Assembly (NCBI GenBank): GCA_003614145.1
Contig: KZ987732.1
Coordinates: 1-39,047 of the forward strand
DNA length: 39,047 bases
Direction of reading: 5' to 3'
Source: Piptocephalis cylindrospora
Taxonomy: Eukaryota
This document shows, one piece after another, positions 24,624 to 36,664 of this stretch (its first letter is position 1; the number at the start of each line of letters is the position of its first letter). The translations under genes were made by a program, and so were the position numbers. Below the pieces are notes generated by a model. The model was not told the DNA's origin. It ran no database searches and saw only the letters and a list, made by a program, of their open reading frames with translations.

Positions 24624-24889
24624 TTAGAGAGGCTTGCTGGGGAGCTGGGTGAGGAGGAGGCCATAGCGCTTCTTGAAGGTGACACGTTGCCGGGAGAATT
24701 TGTCATCGGGGGAGAAACGGGCGGGGTGGGCCGACTTGGTGATGGTACCATCCCCAGTGACCTTCTACTTATGCAGAGGATACTAAAAGTGAGTGGTGAA
24801 AGGATGGTGAAAGTACGACGCTATACCCATCCTACCTTAAGGGTATAGACGCGCTTGCCGTCCGCGTTGGTCGAGTACATGAGATGCAT
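24624..24889 (-). CDS. NOP10: H/ACA snoRNP protein Nop10, 2 exons, 64 aa (not in ORF track)
   Basis: Exon 1 24889-24836 [18 protein letters not shown], intron 24835-24765, exon 2 [46 protein letters not shown]. Confidence 0.97.
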
Positions 24890-25514
24890 CTTGTGTGTTG
24901 TAGTGTTGAAGAAAGGGAGAAGATGGAAAGAAGGTGCAGGTTGCAGACGACTATGGATGGAGCGTCTCTGTTGGTGACTTTTGTCCTTGATGCGAGGGGG
25001 GTTTTGGAAGCGGCGCTGTTTTTCTTAGTGTGGGATGGGGTTGGGTATTAGAATTCTGTGGAGATCCCCGCCTTCATTTTTGGGCTAACTGTGTGTGGTG
25101 TGGAAAGTGTGGGTGAGGGCCAGTGAAAAAAAAAAGAAAAAAGGACATCTTGCTGTAGCTATAGCCACAGCACCTTTATAAATTCACCATATTTCACCGT
25201 ATATGTTGCAAGTACGAAGGGGACCAGGGGCTGATTGGCGTCGTCCTCCTCCCCCCATGAGTGACTTCAACAAACCAAAACTAGGCCAATTTAAATGAAA
25301 ATGCCCATATTTTATGGTACAGCTTAGGAGACATTGCAGCCAATATGGAGGGTAAGATGGTCTCACCACTACAGGAAGAACTTTGCAGTACCGAAGCGAC
25401 GACTGTAATGCCACAAAAAAAAAGAAGACTCGGGCAGTTAAACTTGCGAGCGTATCCTCTTCCTCTACAGCATCCCCTTCTCCTCATTTCCCCCATTCAT
25501 CTCTACCCTTGAAT

Positions 25515-27344
25515 ATGCAGAAAACCAAGAAAGGAAAGAGTCTAGGGGAAACTCTATCGGAGCTCTCCCAGCCCAAGCCTACTTCCTTCGACCCCGAGGA
25601 CATGGATATGTCTGGGGGCTTCCCTTCCATCGGAGGTGAGGATCATGACGAGGCTTTTGATGATGACAGTGCCGATGTCGCAGAAGCCCGGGAGCATTAT
25701 GTGAAAGTTGGGTAAGTGAACATGGGAGGTAGCCCGCGTGTCATCTCATTACTGACCTTCTTCCGCCACCTCTTCTTGGTCGCGTAGAAAGAGTAAACTA
25801 CGTGCCAATCAGGAGATCCTGATGGATGACCCCAAGTATATTGGAAAAAAGAGCACTCGTAGCTCTATCTTTGGTGAGGAGGATAGAAATGAAGACAGTG
25901 AGGAGGAGGTCAGCGAAGGGGAGGAGGAGATCAGCGAGGAGGAGGAGGAGGAGGAGAGTAATGACAATCAGGAAGAATCGGGCAGTCAAGATGAAAGCGA
26001 AGAAGATGACCTGGAAAAGGAACTTCGAGAGATGGAAGATCAGGATAGGTATGCATACATATCCATCCTCTTAAGTGCTCTACTTGATACTATTTCAGTA
26101 CTTACTTCTTTTACCTGCATCTAGGAACCAAAGGAGGTCCCTTACCGTAGCCAGTGAATCAGATGCTGAAAAGGGCCGGCATATCCGTAATCAAATCACC
26201 CTTTGGGATGCCTTTCTTAATGCTCGTATCCGTCTGCAGAATCCGGTCGCCTTGGCCAATCGCTTTCCTCGGGCGAAGACCTTTCAGACTTTGAAGGAGG
26301 ATAAGGTTATTCTTCCACAGGTTCAGGAGGCTCAAAAGGCCGTTCGAGGCCTTCTTGAAGCTCTCTTTACCCTTCGGACGGTAAGCTTCACGACCATCAT
26401 CTTTCTGATCCCCTCATATCCCTCATTTACCCACCCTTTGTTTATAGGATATCCTTCATCAACATTCGGTCATTCGGGAGACTACCCCGTTGAAGCGCAA
26501 GCGTATCGATGTCCCAGGCACCACCACCAAGGATTGCTTTGAAGAGGCTGACCGACTTCGTTCTGCGTAAGTGACATGCCCATATTCTCGCCCCAATCAT
26601 CCCTTCACCCTCCTTTGAACACTCGTCTAACTGTTCCTACCCACCCTCCCCTGCCCAGTTTTTCATCATTCCGTGCTGATGCCATCGACCGTTGGAGTGC
26701 CTCTACTCAGTTAGCCACTGGCGCACCATTAAACAAGAAATTCAAGGCCATCAATCAGGATATCCGTTCCCAGATGGACATGATCCTGGCTGACAAAGAT
26801 CGTCTTATCCGTCGGACTCAATTAAAGCGCACGGCTGTTCCCGTGATTGGTATCGAGGTAAGTGACCGGAACCCGGGGGCGGGGATATGAATTACAGTGA
26901 GCATTCCGCCTCATATACTCTCCCTCTGCCAAAAAGGACCAACCTACCCCGCAAGGAGATGGTCAATACGATGAGGAGGTCTTTGATGATGGTGATTTTT
27001 ACGCCCAACTCCTTCGTGAGCTCATTGAGGCCAAAACCGCTGGCCACTCCACCGCTTCTTCCGTAGAAGATCCCGCCGCTGTGGGCATGCGCCTCGCCGC
27101 ACTGAAGCTCCAGTCCAAGAAAAACAAAAAACAAGTGGATCGTCGAGCTAGCAAGGGGCGTAAACTTCGTTATGAGATCCACGAAAAACTCGTTAACTTT
27201 ATGGTCCCCATCCCCACCAACACTTGGAGACCCGAGATGGTTGATGAGTTGATTGGCGGTCTCTTTGGTGCCCGACAAGAAGACACCTCTCAGTCCTCTG
27301 GCAAGGAGGTCGAAGTCGAGGAGGGTGTACAGCTACTTGGATGA
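25515..27344 (+). CDS. BFR2: Bfr2/AATF (TRAUB domain) ribosome biogenesis factor, 6 exons
   Basis: Introns 25712-25787, 26049-26124, 26381-26447, 26567-26658, 26858-26936. Motifs REHYVKVGKSKLR, PKYIGKKSTR, acidic tract, EKGRHIRNQITLWDAFLNARIRLQ, FDDGDFYAQLLRELIE, VDRRASKGRKLRYEIHEKLVNFMVP. Confidence 0.95.
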
Positions 27345-28499
27345 TAGTCGATCCCTACTGTTTTGGTTTTTCTAGGGTTCTAAGGTTAGGGTTATTAGAG
27401 AAATGAAGGGTTTTCAGGTAGCTGATGCTTTGTGACACCGTATCCAACGTGAGATAATGATGCTCTGTTTACTATTATGGAAAGCGATTTTCAAATGCTA
27501 CTTGGACACCTACCCTCCACACAACCGGCCCTAAAGGATGAAGATTTACAGGCTGGAGTGACAGTATAGCTACAATCATCAACATACCGAGTTTCTGCGC
27601 AATTCTAATCTAGTGCTCACCTCCCCTCTCTTCTCCCTCCCTTCCACCTTCCCTTCACCCACTGCTCAAACTGATGGCCTTCCCCAACTTTCGTCGCATC
27701 TACTCGTCCTTTCGCACACCAGAGGAAGAGCGCGCCATCTCGAGGGCTGCTTTTTTCCGGGGTTTAGGCTTTGCCATTGTCTGTGTTTTTATGACCTGGC
27801 TAGCCAATCGGCCCTTCTCAGCCCTTGCGAGGCCCCTGCCTCGACCCTGAGCTCCCCAACAGCATTTCATTCTTGGGGAAGGCAAGACAATCAAAAGGCC
27901 GCTTGACTGGCATGTACCAAACGAATATAGTAGTGTACTGTGTTAAAAGTATAGACTCGAGTCCCTAAATGGGAAATCCATTTGTCAATATATCATTTTT
28001 TCACAGCAATCGTAGGTGGATGGTATAGTTTTTGACCCTCTTTTCACTACCAATATTAATATGAGAGTCAGGCAATAAAGAAAGACAAAGACCCTATGCA
28101 CTTGGAGTTGGAAAAGTTGCAATCAGGGTACGGTCCTCATGTACACGTACTCGAAGCCAATAGAGACACCTACTTACCACCTTTAACCCTTAAATAGGAT
28201 CTTGTCCCTATAATAGTTTTCATTGGATCCGCCTTGATTCAATAGCAACATTCATTCTGATTATTATTAATGGTAGAATGTGCAAGCTTTTCATTTCGAA
28301 AGCATGCCGAATTCTTCACAATTGCATCATATAGTTGTTTGTTAGAGGTCGGATGATGATCAGAAAGGGACGAGGGAGTGAATGTAGATGTAAAGTGACT
28401 ACATCTTTAAATGTATTGGGAATTTCCATCTAAAGTTTAGATTTTTATAAAGAATCTTGGGAGGGGGGGGATAGTAGCCCTCAGCTTCAGCGGACACCT

Positions 28500-29050
28500 G
28501 ATTCGATGTGTGTATTAAGTTCGGATACTCTCTAGCCAGCCCCATGAGGGATAAATAAACCAGTTTATCATCATAATTATAAGGAATCATCCAAGTGGAT
28601 GGTTTCATTATCATCCCCAGGTCGATGCAGGTTGCTATAGTGATATTGACCAGCATCCATCACCGTCGAAGGTACTAATCTTCTCATGATGAGAACACTC
28701 TTGCCCGGGACGGCACGAATATCATCTTTTAGTTTCTCCACATATCTTTAACCTTAACATATTGGCCTAATACTAGATCATTTAGTGTTTGGGACCTAGC
28801 TACCTTGGCCAAGATGGATAAATAAATGATTTACATGTACTCTAAGATGCCAATCTCCAGATCTTTTCGTACCTCTCTTCATTAGCCCAATTCAGCTCGT
28901 TCAACACGATTGTGTTCGCGTACCTAGGTTTGTTGATACCATAGTGCCACACGCCAGACGCGCTTTCTCCTACAAGACCAAAGCGAGCCCATAAGACCAT
29001 AATAACGTAGTATGTGTGGCTATTTAGCTTGGCTGGTTCTTCCCTCCTCC
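28500..29050 (-). pseudogene. Decayed fragment resembling the C-terminal half of an M28 metallopeptidase
   Basis: Fragments in different frames separated by stops: YVIMVLWARFGLVG...ANTIVLNELNW; RRLVPSTVMDAGQYHYSNLHRPGDDNETIHLDD; KLVYLSLMGLAREY. Similarity judged by eye only. Confidence 0.3.
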
Positions 29051-29173
29051 ATCCTTGACCATCTTGTTCATTCTTATCTTTCATAAGGGATCTACGGATT
29101 TAAGTTCATCTTCTTTTCACTTTACATCTTCCGCTTCCTTCCTTCATCGGCCTCACCGCACAGCTCTAACGAC

Positions 29174-32100
29174 ATGGGTCTGCGCAAGGATTCGCCCGCA
29201 TCGGGTAATGGAAAGCTCAAGCAAGGTACCCTTCATTCTTTTTTCGGAGGCGCTGTGGTCAAGCCTACTGGTTCCCCGGATAAGCCGATCACATCTCCTA
29301 TCCGGCCTGCTCCCATTAAAAAATCTACTTCTGATATGGAGACCCCGACGCGCCAAGTCGCCAGCCTTTCTCTTGGAACTGAGCGGAAATCCCGGAGCCT
29401 TTCCGGCTCCAAGGGCCTTAATTCCTCCACAGGACAAAAGAGAAAGGCTGGGAGAAAAGGAGAAGGAAAGGGTGGGGTACGAAAGCACATTGGTGTAGAG
29501 GGGGAATACGGGGAGAATGAGGAGGAGGAGGAGAGTGTTCGAGCTACGCCTGCCATCATGTCTCGTGGAAGGTCTCGTCGACTAATTGTCCCGGATAATG
29601 GGGGGGATTCTAGTGGTTTAAGTAGTCTCGAGGGAAGTCTTGGTGAAGAGAGTAGCCAAGAGGATGTAGATGACGAGGATAATGATGAAGATTACAAGGA
29701 TGGCCCTGCTTCCTCCTCTGAGGGCGAGGGTAAGTAATGATTCACATACGACGAGGTTATGCTGTACGTGTATCTTATCCCTTCCTATTTTTCCTTTTCT
29801 CTAGAAATGGATGATGCGGTGGCTGAACAAGGACTTGAGCCGGAAACTCCAAGCGAGGAGGAAGATGAAGAGGAGGAGCGCGAACGGGAGCGTGAAAAGA
29901 AGCGGCGCCAAAAGTTACAATCATTCAAAAAGGCTGAAAAAGCATCCTCGGTAAATAATCTCTTCTCACTGCTTCCTCTCCTCCCCCAAATCGACTGATT
30001 CAAGTTTCTCTATCATGATAATGTCTTGAACTAAGGTATCCCCTATGGCTTTTACGACCCCTTCTCAATCTTTCTCCTCCAGTGTTCTGCGGCGTCAAGA
30101 GGAGGCAAAACAGAAGAGAAAGCTGGATTTTACCGAAGAAAATAATCAAAGGTACAGATGGTTGATACATCCCAAGGACGCTAACGGTATTGAGAAAGGT
30201 AGGTGACTTTTGCGTTGTTTAGAAAAGAAAAAGTAGGAGATGACTTTAGAGTTTTTTTTTAATAGTAACCCTCTCCCTCTCACTCCCTTACGTCAGGCCA
30301 AGAAGGGTATGATCCGAGGACTTTACTTATTCCTCAATCGGCTTGGGCAAAATTCACGCCTTTTGAACAGCAATTCTGGGAGATCAAGTGTAAAAACTAT
30401 AATACTGTGGTCTTCTTTAAAAAGGGAAAATTTTACGAGCTATATGAGGAGGATGCGGACATTGGCCATCAGCGCTTTGACCTCAAGCTCACTGACAGAG
30501 TCAACATGCGTATGGTAGGAGTCCCAGAGTCCGGATTCCCTTACTGGGCTGGCCGGTTTGTCTCTGAGGGATACCGGGTGGCCCGAGTAGAGCAGATGGA
30601 AACAGCCCTCGGGATGGAGATGAGACAAAAGGGAGGGAAGGAAGTCAAAGTAAGTGTGTCTTAGATGAGTACATTTGATTTGCAGTGTATTTCTACCGAA
30701 TCGTCTCTCATTATCTCCTTTTTGCGGGGCCCGCATCAAAAAGAAAAGTAAGGTGGTCCGCCGAGAATTGGCAAGCATCCTTACTGCCGGAACTCTGACT
30801 GATGAGGGCTTTTTAAAGACCCCCGAGTCCACTTATTGCTTGTCTATCAAGGTAAAATGGGTTCGAGAAGTATCCAATCAGGGAGGGATAGGTGGGGCCA
30901 GAGAAGGGCCGCTCATCAAACCTCTCTTTCACCTTGGTCGTTCTAGGAAAGTGGAGGAGGGAAAAAGAAGAAGTATGGCGTGTGCTTCGTAGATACCTCT
31001 ACTGCCGAGTTTTGGATGTGTGGATTTGAAGATGATGAGGAAAGGACGCGCTTGGAAACCCTCATGACCCAGATCCAGCCCAGAGAATTAGTCCTGGAGG
31101 CCGGAAAGGTGGATCCAGCGACTGTAAAAGTCTTGAGAAATACCCTGGAACCTCGGTGCATCTGGAATCGTCTCAAACCTTCCCGGGAATTCTGGGATGC
31201 GGAACAGACCTGGTTTGAACTGACCTGTCAAGGAGACGCGATGGGCGAGGAAGTTGGAGGGTATTTTGGCAACCAGGGTCTCCCTGAGGCCTTGACGAGC
31301 CATCAAGATAATCCAGTAGCGCTCTCTGCCCTTGGTGGCCTTATTTCCTATCTTCGCTCGGTAAGAGATACTTTTTCCCCACTCCGTACCTATATACACA
31401 TACCATTCCATCTATTTATCTCTCCACCTCATATAGCTTAAGCTGGATAAAGAACTCTTGTCCATGGGGAATGTTCAAACATATGGAGATCCCTTGGAGG
31501 GATCCAAGTTCCTTGTACTTGATGGGCAAACCCTAACAAACCTGGATATCTTTGGTAAAGGGCCAGGAGACAAGATATCCCTCTTCCGACAGCTCAATCA
31601 TTGCATGACTCCATTTGGTATGTCCCTTTTTGTGCATTTTGGGCATTTTACATGAAGCAATCACCCTAGCTTGGGTTCCAGTCACATCCTTATCCCTCTG
31701 CTCTTCTTTTTAGGGAAGAGATTGTTTCGACGATGGGTTTGTCATCCCCTGTCAAGAAAGACGGAGATTGAGGAGAGAATAGGAGCAGTGGAAACCCTCA
31801 TGTTCTGTCCCGGGGGTCAAGAGTTCCGAGAGGGCCTGAAGCGCACCGCTGATCTGGAAAGATTGATTGCTCGGGTCCATGCTGGCCACTGCCCTCTCAA
31901 GCTCCTCCTTACTCTTCTGGAGTCCTTTACTCACCTGTCCAACTGGATGGAGCGTCTCCTAGAAACGGGGATGGGGGAAGGAACGGGTCTACTTCCTCGT
32001 CTTTTAGCAACTTTTCCCTCTGGTCTAGGGGAACTAATTCATGAGCTAGAAGGGACATTTGATGCAGAAGCTGCCAAAGCTGGGGAAGTAGTACCCCTAG

Positions 32101-33628
32101 CCGGTGTTGAAAAAGATTTTGATCGGGTCAACGAGGAGGTAGAGGAGCTAGAGATCAGGTTTCAGCAGCACCTCCAGGAGTGTCGGAAGCGACTTCGATG
32201 CCCCAAACTTCAGTACCGTAACATTGGCCGGGAGATCCGGCAGATTGAAGTGCCTAAATCCGAGGTGGGACGAGTGCCCGGCGACTGGGTGAGGCAGTCG
32301 GAGACCAAGGCTGTGTCGAGATACTGGAGTCCTGAGGTCCGAGGCCTTGTCCGGTCTTGGGAAGAGGTACAAGAGGTGCGAGGTGGAGTGATCCGAGAAC
32401 TGCAATCCCGACTCTACGCTCGATTTGATGCCCATTACAGAAAGTGGTCTCAGGCTGTCCAAGTGATAGCAGAGCTGGATTGCCTCTGGAGTCTGGCGCA
32501 ATGCTCCAACTTGATGCAGGAACCCAAGTGCAAACCGACCTTTGGGGAGAATAAGGGTAAGGCCGGATCTGGAGGAGTGGAAACACAAGTGGAAGTGAAG
32601 GAGCTTCGACACCCCTGCCTTTCTGGTATCAACAGTAACTTTATCCCCAATGACACCATACTGGGCGGGGATGACGGGGGGGAAAAAATCATACTCCTGA
32701 CTGGACCCAACATGGGAGGGAAGTCCACCCTCCTGCGTCAAGTGTGCCTTGCTGTGGTTATGGGACAATTAGGGTGCTATGTCCCTGCTCGGACCTGCCA
32801 CCTGGCTGGTGGACCTGTGGACCGAATCTTCACACGGATTGGAGCCAATGACAACATTTTGGCAGGGCAAAGTACATTTATGGTCGAGTTAACCGAGACT
32901 TCCCGAATTCTCGCCGAAGCCACTCCCCGATCCCTTGTCATTTTAGATGAGCTTGGGCGAGGTACCAGTACCTTTGATGGGTAAGTTTGTGCCTAGAAGA
33001 CTAATGAGGAAGGGCACGATGGATCTGATCCCTTCCATCCCTCCGCATCTTCAGGTATGCCATTGCGTACGCCGTCCTCCAGTACCTCGCGACATTTGTT
33101 GGGTGCATTGGCCTCTTCTCCACTCATTATTCCTCTCTGGTGGAGGAAATCCGGGGTCATCCAGGCATCAAAGCGCAGTATATGTCCTCATACGTGGATG
33201 AGGAGAGGCAGGAAGTAACGTTTCTGTACGAGCTGGTAGATGGGAAAAGCCCTTCGAGCTACGGGATGAACGTGGCTCGTCTCGCCGGGGTTTCCCAGCA
33301 GGTAAGCTAATGAAGGAACAGTGGGATAACCTTGGGATTATCGGGAGTAGGAAAACCTCACTTACTTAAATGATGGTGTCCTCATCGATGATAGGTGGTA
33401 CACCGAGCCGAGGAGGAGGCCTCCCGATTCGAAAAGACAGTGCAAGGACCCAAAGTGTTCGTGGGCGAGGCGACGGGAGAAGGTGGAGGGATGGAGTGGA
33501 TGGTCCGGGAGGGATATGTGGCCTACCTGATGGAAGCTGTGTCGCAGAGACGAGGAGGATCCACGGTGGATCCTCGGTCGACCCATGCCCTCCAAGTACT
33601 TTCTCGTATGCTTCAAGGATTCAAGTAG
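29174..33628 (+). CDS. MSH6: DNA mismatch repair protein MSH6, 10 exons
   Basis: N-terminal PIP box [31 protein letters not shown] (Phe-X-Glu mismatch motif); Walker [22 protein letters not shown]...[32 protein letters not shown]. Introns approx. 29730-29804, 29951-30035, 30199-30296, 30650-30743, 30852-30946, 31361-31436, 31618-31713, 32981-33054, 33302-33394. Confidence 0.96.
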
Positions 33629-33960
33629 GCAGCTTATGTGTGAGTGGGGGAGTGAGATATCTGAGAAAGGGGTGGTTATGATATCTGAGGGAGGGATTTT
33701 GGGAATAAATCGGTTACAATCAGGATGGCCGTCAAAAACAGGATACAATTCAGAAGAGAGGGCGAGAGGGGCTATATGTGATAACTGATTAACTAGGCTG
33801 ACAATGCATTGCTTACTTCATGGCCCAACAGATTGGACCTACAATCCCGCTTACATGAATCAACGAAACGAAAATCCAAAGTGCATATCGCGGCACCTCA
33901 CTGAGACTCTAACCTTATAGATACATAACCCACCATCCGCCAATCAGATGGATGAGACGA

Positions 33961-36537
33961 TTAGCCCAGACGCTTGATGCGCTTGGCAAGGGAGCCGACG
34001 CCGACGATAATGAGGACAACACCGAGGATGAACATGGCGTACTTGAGAGGAGTATAATGGGCAAACTCATCGTAGTAAATGCCGCCACCGATGATGTCGA
34101 GGATATTGTAGCAGCAGTAAAAGACAGGGACTTGGAGAAGAGCATCGTACTTGCGAAGACCCATGTTAATCCAGTAGACTTGGCTGACGGCGGTAATGAC
34201 GGTGACGATGAGGATGATCCAGGAAACAATGTTGTTGAATTGATTATGCTTCTCAACGATGGACTCACTGAGGAGATTGATTAGGGACTTGGCAAAGAGG
34301 GTGGTGAGAGACGACATGAAGCCACCAAGTCCGGCGTAGGCCAGAGGCAGGAGATACTTGATGGCCACGCCCTCTTTCTTGAACCCATTTGATCTGGGAG
34401 AGATGCGAATATGGGTGGAAGAGAGGGGAGGGGAGGAGGGAGTACGTCGATGAGACCACGGGTTTTGGAAAAGAGATCGAAAGCTAAAGCGTCCTCGTTT
34501 CCGGTGATCCAGGGAAATGGATGTGGGACGACTCCGAGTAGGGGATAAGGGATACCTGGAGCTAATGGAGCCCGGGTGAGCGGATCTCCCATCCGGGGAA
34601 TTATCCCCATCTTGGGAGGGGCGTGAGAGGGATAGGGGAGAGATGGTACGATCGTTTGGATCCAACCTTCCAGTTGTCTCAGATAGGACGGGAGAGGATG
34701 AAGGGCGGAGGACAGCAGCTCCATCAGCTCGACCAATTTTTTCAGGAGGGGAGGAGCCGACCTTTGCTTTGGTTCCAGTATCGTGTTCTAGGGTAGAAGT
34801 GATGGTGGGAAGGGTGGAAGGAGGAGGGGAAGGGTTGGGGGAGGGCCGAGCCGTCCTGTTCCCATCCTCCTGACCATCCCCATAACCCTCACTCGCACCA
34901 TGATCCACCATGGTAGTGGCCATAGAATCGCCCGAGTGGGGCCTATGCTTCTTTCGGAGCATCATCACACCCTCATCGCTACCTTCAGGGGAAGATGAGG
35001 AGGGAGTCCTGTTATGCGAGTTACTGGTCTCTGCCGCAGAGCCAGCTACTGCTACGGGAGGCGAAGGGGAAAGGCAAACCTCCTCTCCCTGACTTCTGCC
35101 TTGCGGGCCGGCAGGACGGTCGGCCAAGATAATCTCCTCGGCCCGAGGGTTCCCCCCACCGAGGATCCTTGCCTCGACAAAGCGGATGAAGAAGAAGAGT
35201 AGAACGATGAAAGATCCTATGACACAGAGGTAGGCAATCGTCTGAGGCCGTCGAAAGAGATTGAGGAGGACGCACAGCTTATAGTTATCAGCGACAGACC
35301 CGGAGAAAACGACGACCAGGACGGAGCCACCAACGATGAGGACAACGCCAAAGATATCCCACCTTCCCAGACTCTCTTTGTTGATGAGGGGAGCCAAAAG
35401 AACATTGGCGACGAGGGACATGCTACCCAAGGGAGCGACAAGGGATTGGGGGGCAAAGCGCAACGCGAGAAAGTTCATGACGTTCCCGACAATAAAGACA
35501 ATCAAGCCAAGCCACCAAACCTTACTCCGGACCGGGATATTCTTCCAGAAGCGCAGGGCCCGTAGGACACGAAGACTTTGAGCCTTCCAACCACCCCGAT
35601 GACGAAACTGGGCAAAAAATCCTTTGATGCGGCCGTCGGATGAAGTAGTTCGAATGTCCTTTTCCACTTGAGTGGTGACCAGAGGAGATTGTGGGGGTTT
35701 GGAGCTGGGTGAGGCCAAAGAGGGGGACCCGAAACCTGGTGCATTCTCAATGGATGGAATAGTAGCATCTTGAGTCCGAGGGGAAGCGGGGACGGGAGAA
35801 GGAATGGGTGAGATGCCCTGATCATCCATGACATTCTGGGAACCCCTTGGCTGAGAAACGGTGGTGGAGGTGGAGGCAGAGGCCAGACGCGCTTCCCACC
35901 GACGGTAAGCGAGCTTCTGGAGATTAAGGCCGAGGTTGAGGGTACATGCGCCAATAAGGACGAGGACAATTCCGATCCAGACTTGGCTTCGGGTATTGAT
36001 ATCCTCACAAACTGGGGCAGCAGGATTATCATCCACGTTACAGGAAGTACCCTCGGAGCAGGTATCAAGGACCTGATTGATCAGCCCGCAGGAGTCGCCT
36101 ACCAAGCCGCCGCTGCAGCAAGAGTGATTATCCTTGGGAACATCGAGTAGGGCTCCAGGCCCACCGGAGGAGGACCAGGCAGAGTCACAGGTGGATTGGA
36201 TGGTACAAAATTGTGGGGCGCAATATTCCTGATCGGTGGGCAGGGTCGCATTTGAGGTGACGAGACGATGAAAGCCAGCGCATTGAGAGGCGGCCGTGCA
36301 GAGTTCTCCACCGTTGACTAGAAAGTTGCATTGGTTCTGCTGGCAGGCCCATTCTCCTCGACGGCGCTCAGATGATCGCTCTGGTTGGGAGCTAATGCAG
36401 TCCGCGTCAACCGAGCATGAGGGGGGCGGGGTGAAGGTGGCGAGGGTGTTGGGGAAGAGAAGGATGAAAAGGAGAAGGACCAAGAGGAGGAGAAGGGGAT
36501 TCCTTCTCGATGAAGATTGTCGGGAGGTGGCCGACAT
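33961..36537 (-). CDS. NIPA-family (DMT superfamily) Mg2+ transporter with signal peptide and Cys-rich N-terminal ectodomain; CDS intronless
   Basis: NLGLNLQKLA, WWLGLIVFIVGNVMNFLALRFAPQSLVAPLGSMSLVANVLLAPLINKE, TTLFAKS, QVYWINMGLRKYDALLQVPVFY, GGGIYYDEF are NIPA motifs; N-terminal LLLLLVLLLFILLFPNTLA followed by 15 Cys. Confidence 0.9.
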   Translation of the reverse strand: MSATSRQSSSRRNPLLLLLVLLLFILLFPNTLATFTPPPSCSVDADCISSQPERSSERRRGEWACQQNQCNFLVNGGELCTAASQCAGFHRLVTSNATLPTDQEYCAPQFCTIQSTCDSAWSSSGGPGALLDVPKDNHSCCSGGLVGDSCGLINQVLDTCSEGTSCNVDDNPAAPVCEDINTRSQVWIGIVLVLIGACTLNLGLNLQKLAYRRWEARLASASTSTTVSQPRGSQNVMDDQGISPIPSPVPASPRTQDATIPSIENAPGFGSPSLASPSSKPPQSPLVTTQVEKDIRTTSSDGRIKGFFAQFRHRGGWKAQSLRVLRALRFWKNIPVRSKVWWLGLIVFIVGNVMNFLALRFAPQSLVAPLGSMSLVANVLLAPLINKESLGRWDIFGVVLIVGGSVLVVVFSGSVADNYKLCVLLNLFRRPQTIAYLCVIGSFIVLLFFFIRFVEARILGGGNPRAEEIILADRPAGPQGRSQGEEVCLSPSPPVAVAGSAAETSNSHNRTPSSSSPEGSDEGVMMLRKKHRPHSGDSMATTMVDHGASEGYGDGQEDGNRTARPSPNPSPPPSTLPTITSTLEHDTGTKAKVGSSPPEKIGRADGAAVLRPSSSPVLSETTGRLDPNDRTISPLSLSRPSQDGDNSPDGRSAHPGSISSRYPLSPTRSRPTSISLDHRKRGRFSFRSLFQNPWSHRRTPSSPPLSSTHIRISPRSNGFKKEGVAIKYLLPLAYAGLGGFMSSLTTLFAKSLINLLSESIVEKHNQFNNIVSWIILIVTVITAVSQVYWINMGLRKYDALLQVPVFYCCYNILDIIGGGIYYDEFAHYTPLKYAMFILGVVLIIVGVGSLAKRIKRLG

Positions 36538-36569
36538 GAAGAGGTCAGGAGAAGGGCGAGAGGGAAAGC

Positions 36570-36664
36570 CTACAGGAACGAGGGAAGGGAGGTAAGAATA
36601 GGATAAATTATGGAGGTGGTACTAGAAAGCAATATATATATGGGAGAGGGACACAAAATCTTAC
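36570..36664 (-). other. Probable 5'-UTR intron of the NIPA gene
   Basis: Minus-strand donor GTAAGA at 36664, branch-like CTTAC, pyrimidine tract and CCTGTAG acceptor 32 nt upstream of the ATG. Confidence 0.55.

Noticed and set aside
27384..27394. TAACCCTAACC on the minus strand, resembling a telomerase RNA template
   Set aside because: It sits in the BFR2 3' end, a TER would run antisense through BFR2 coding sequence, and no supporting pseudoknot is visible; no telomeric array either.
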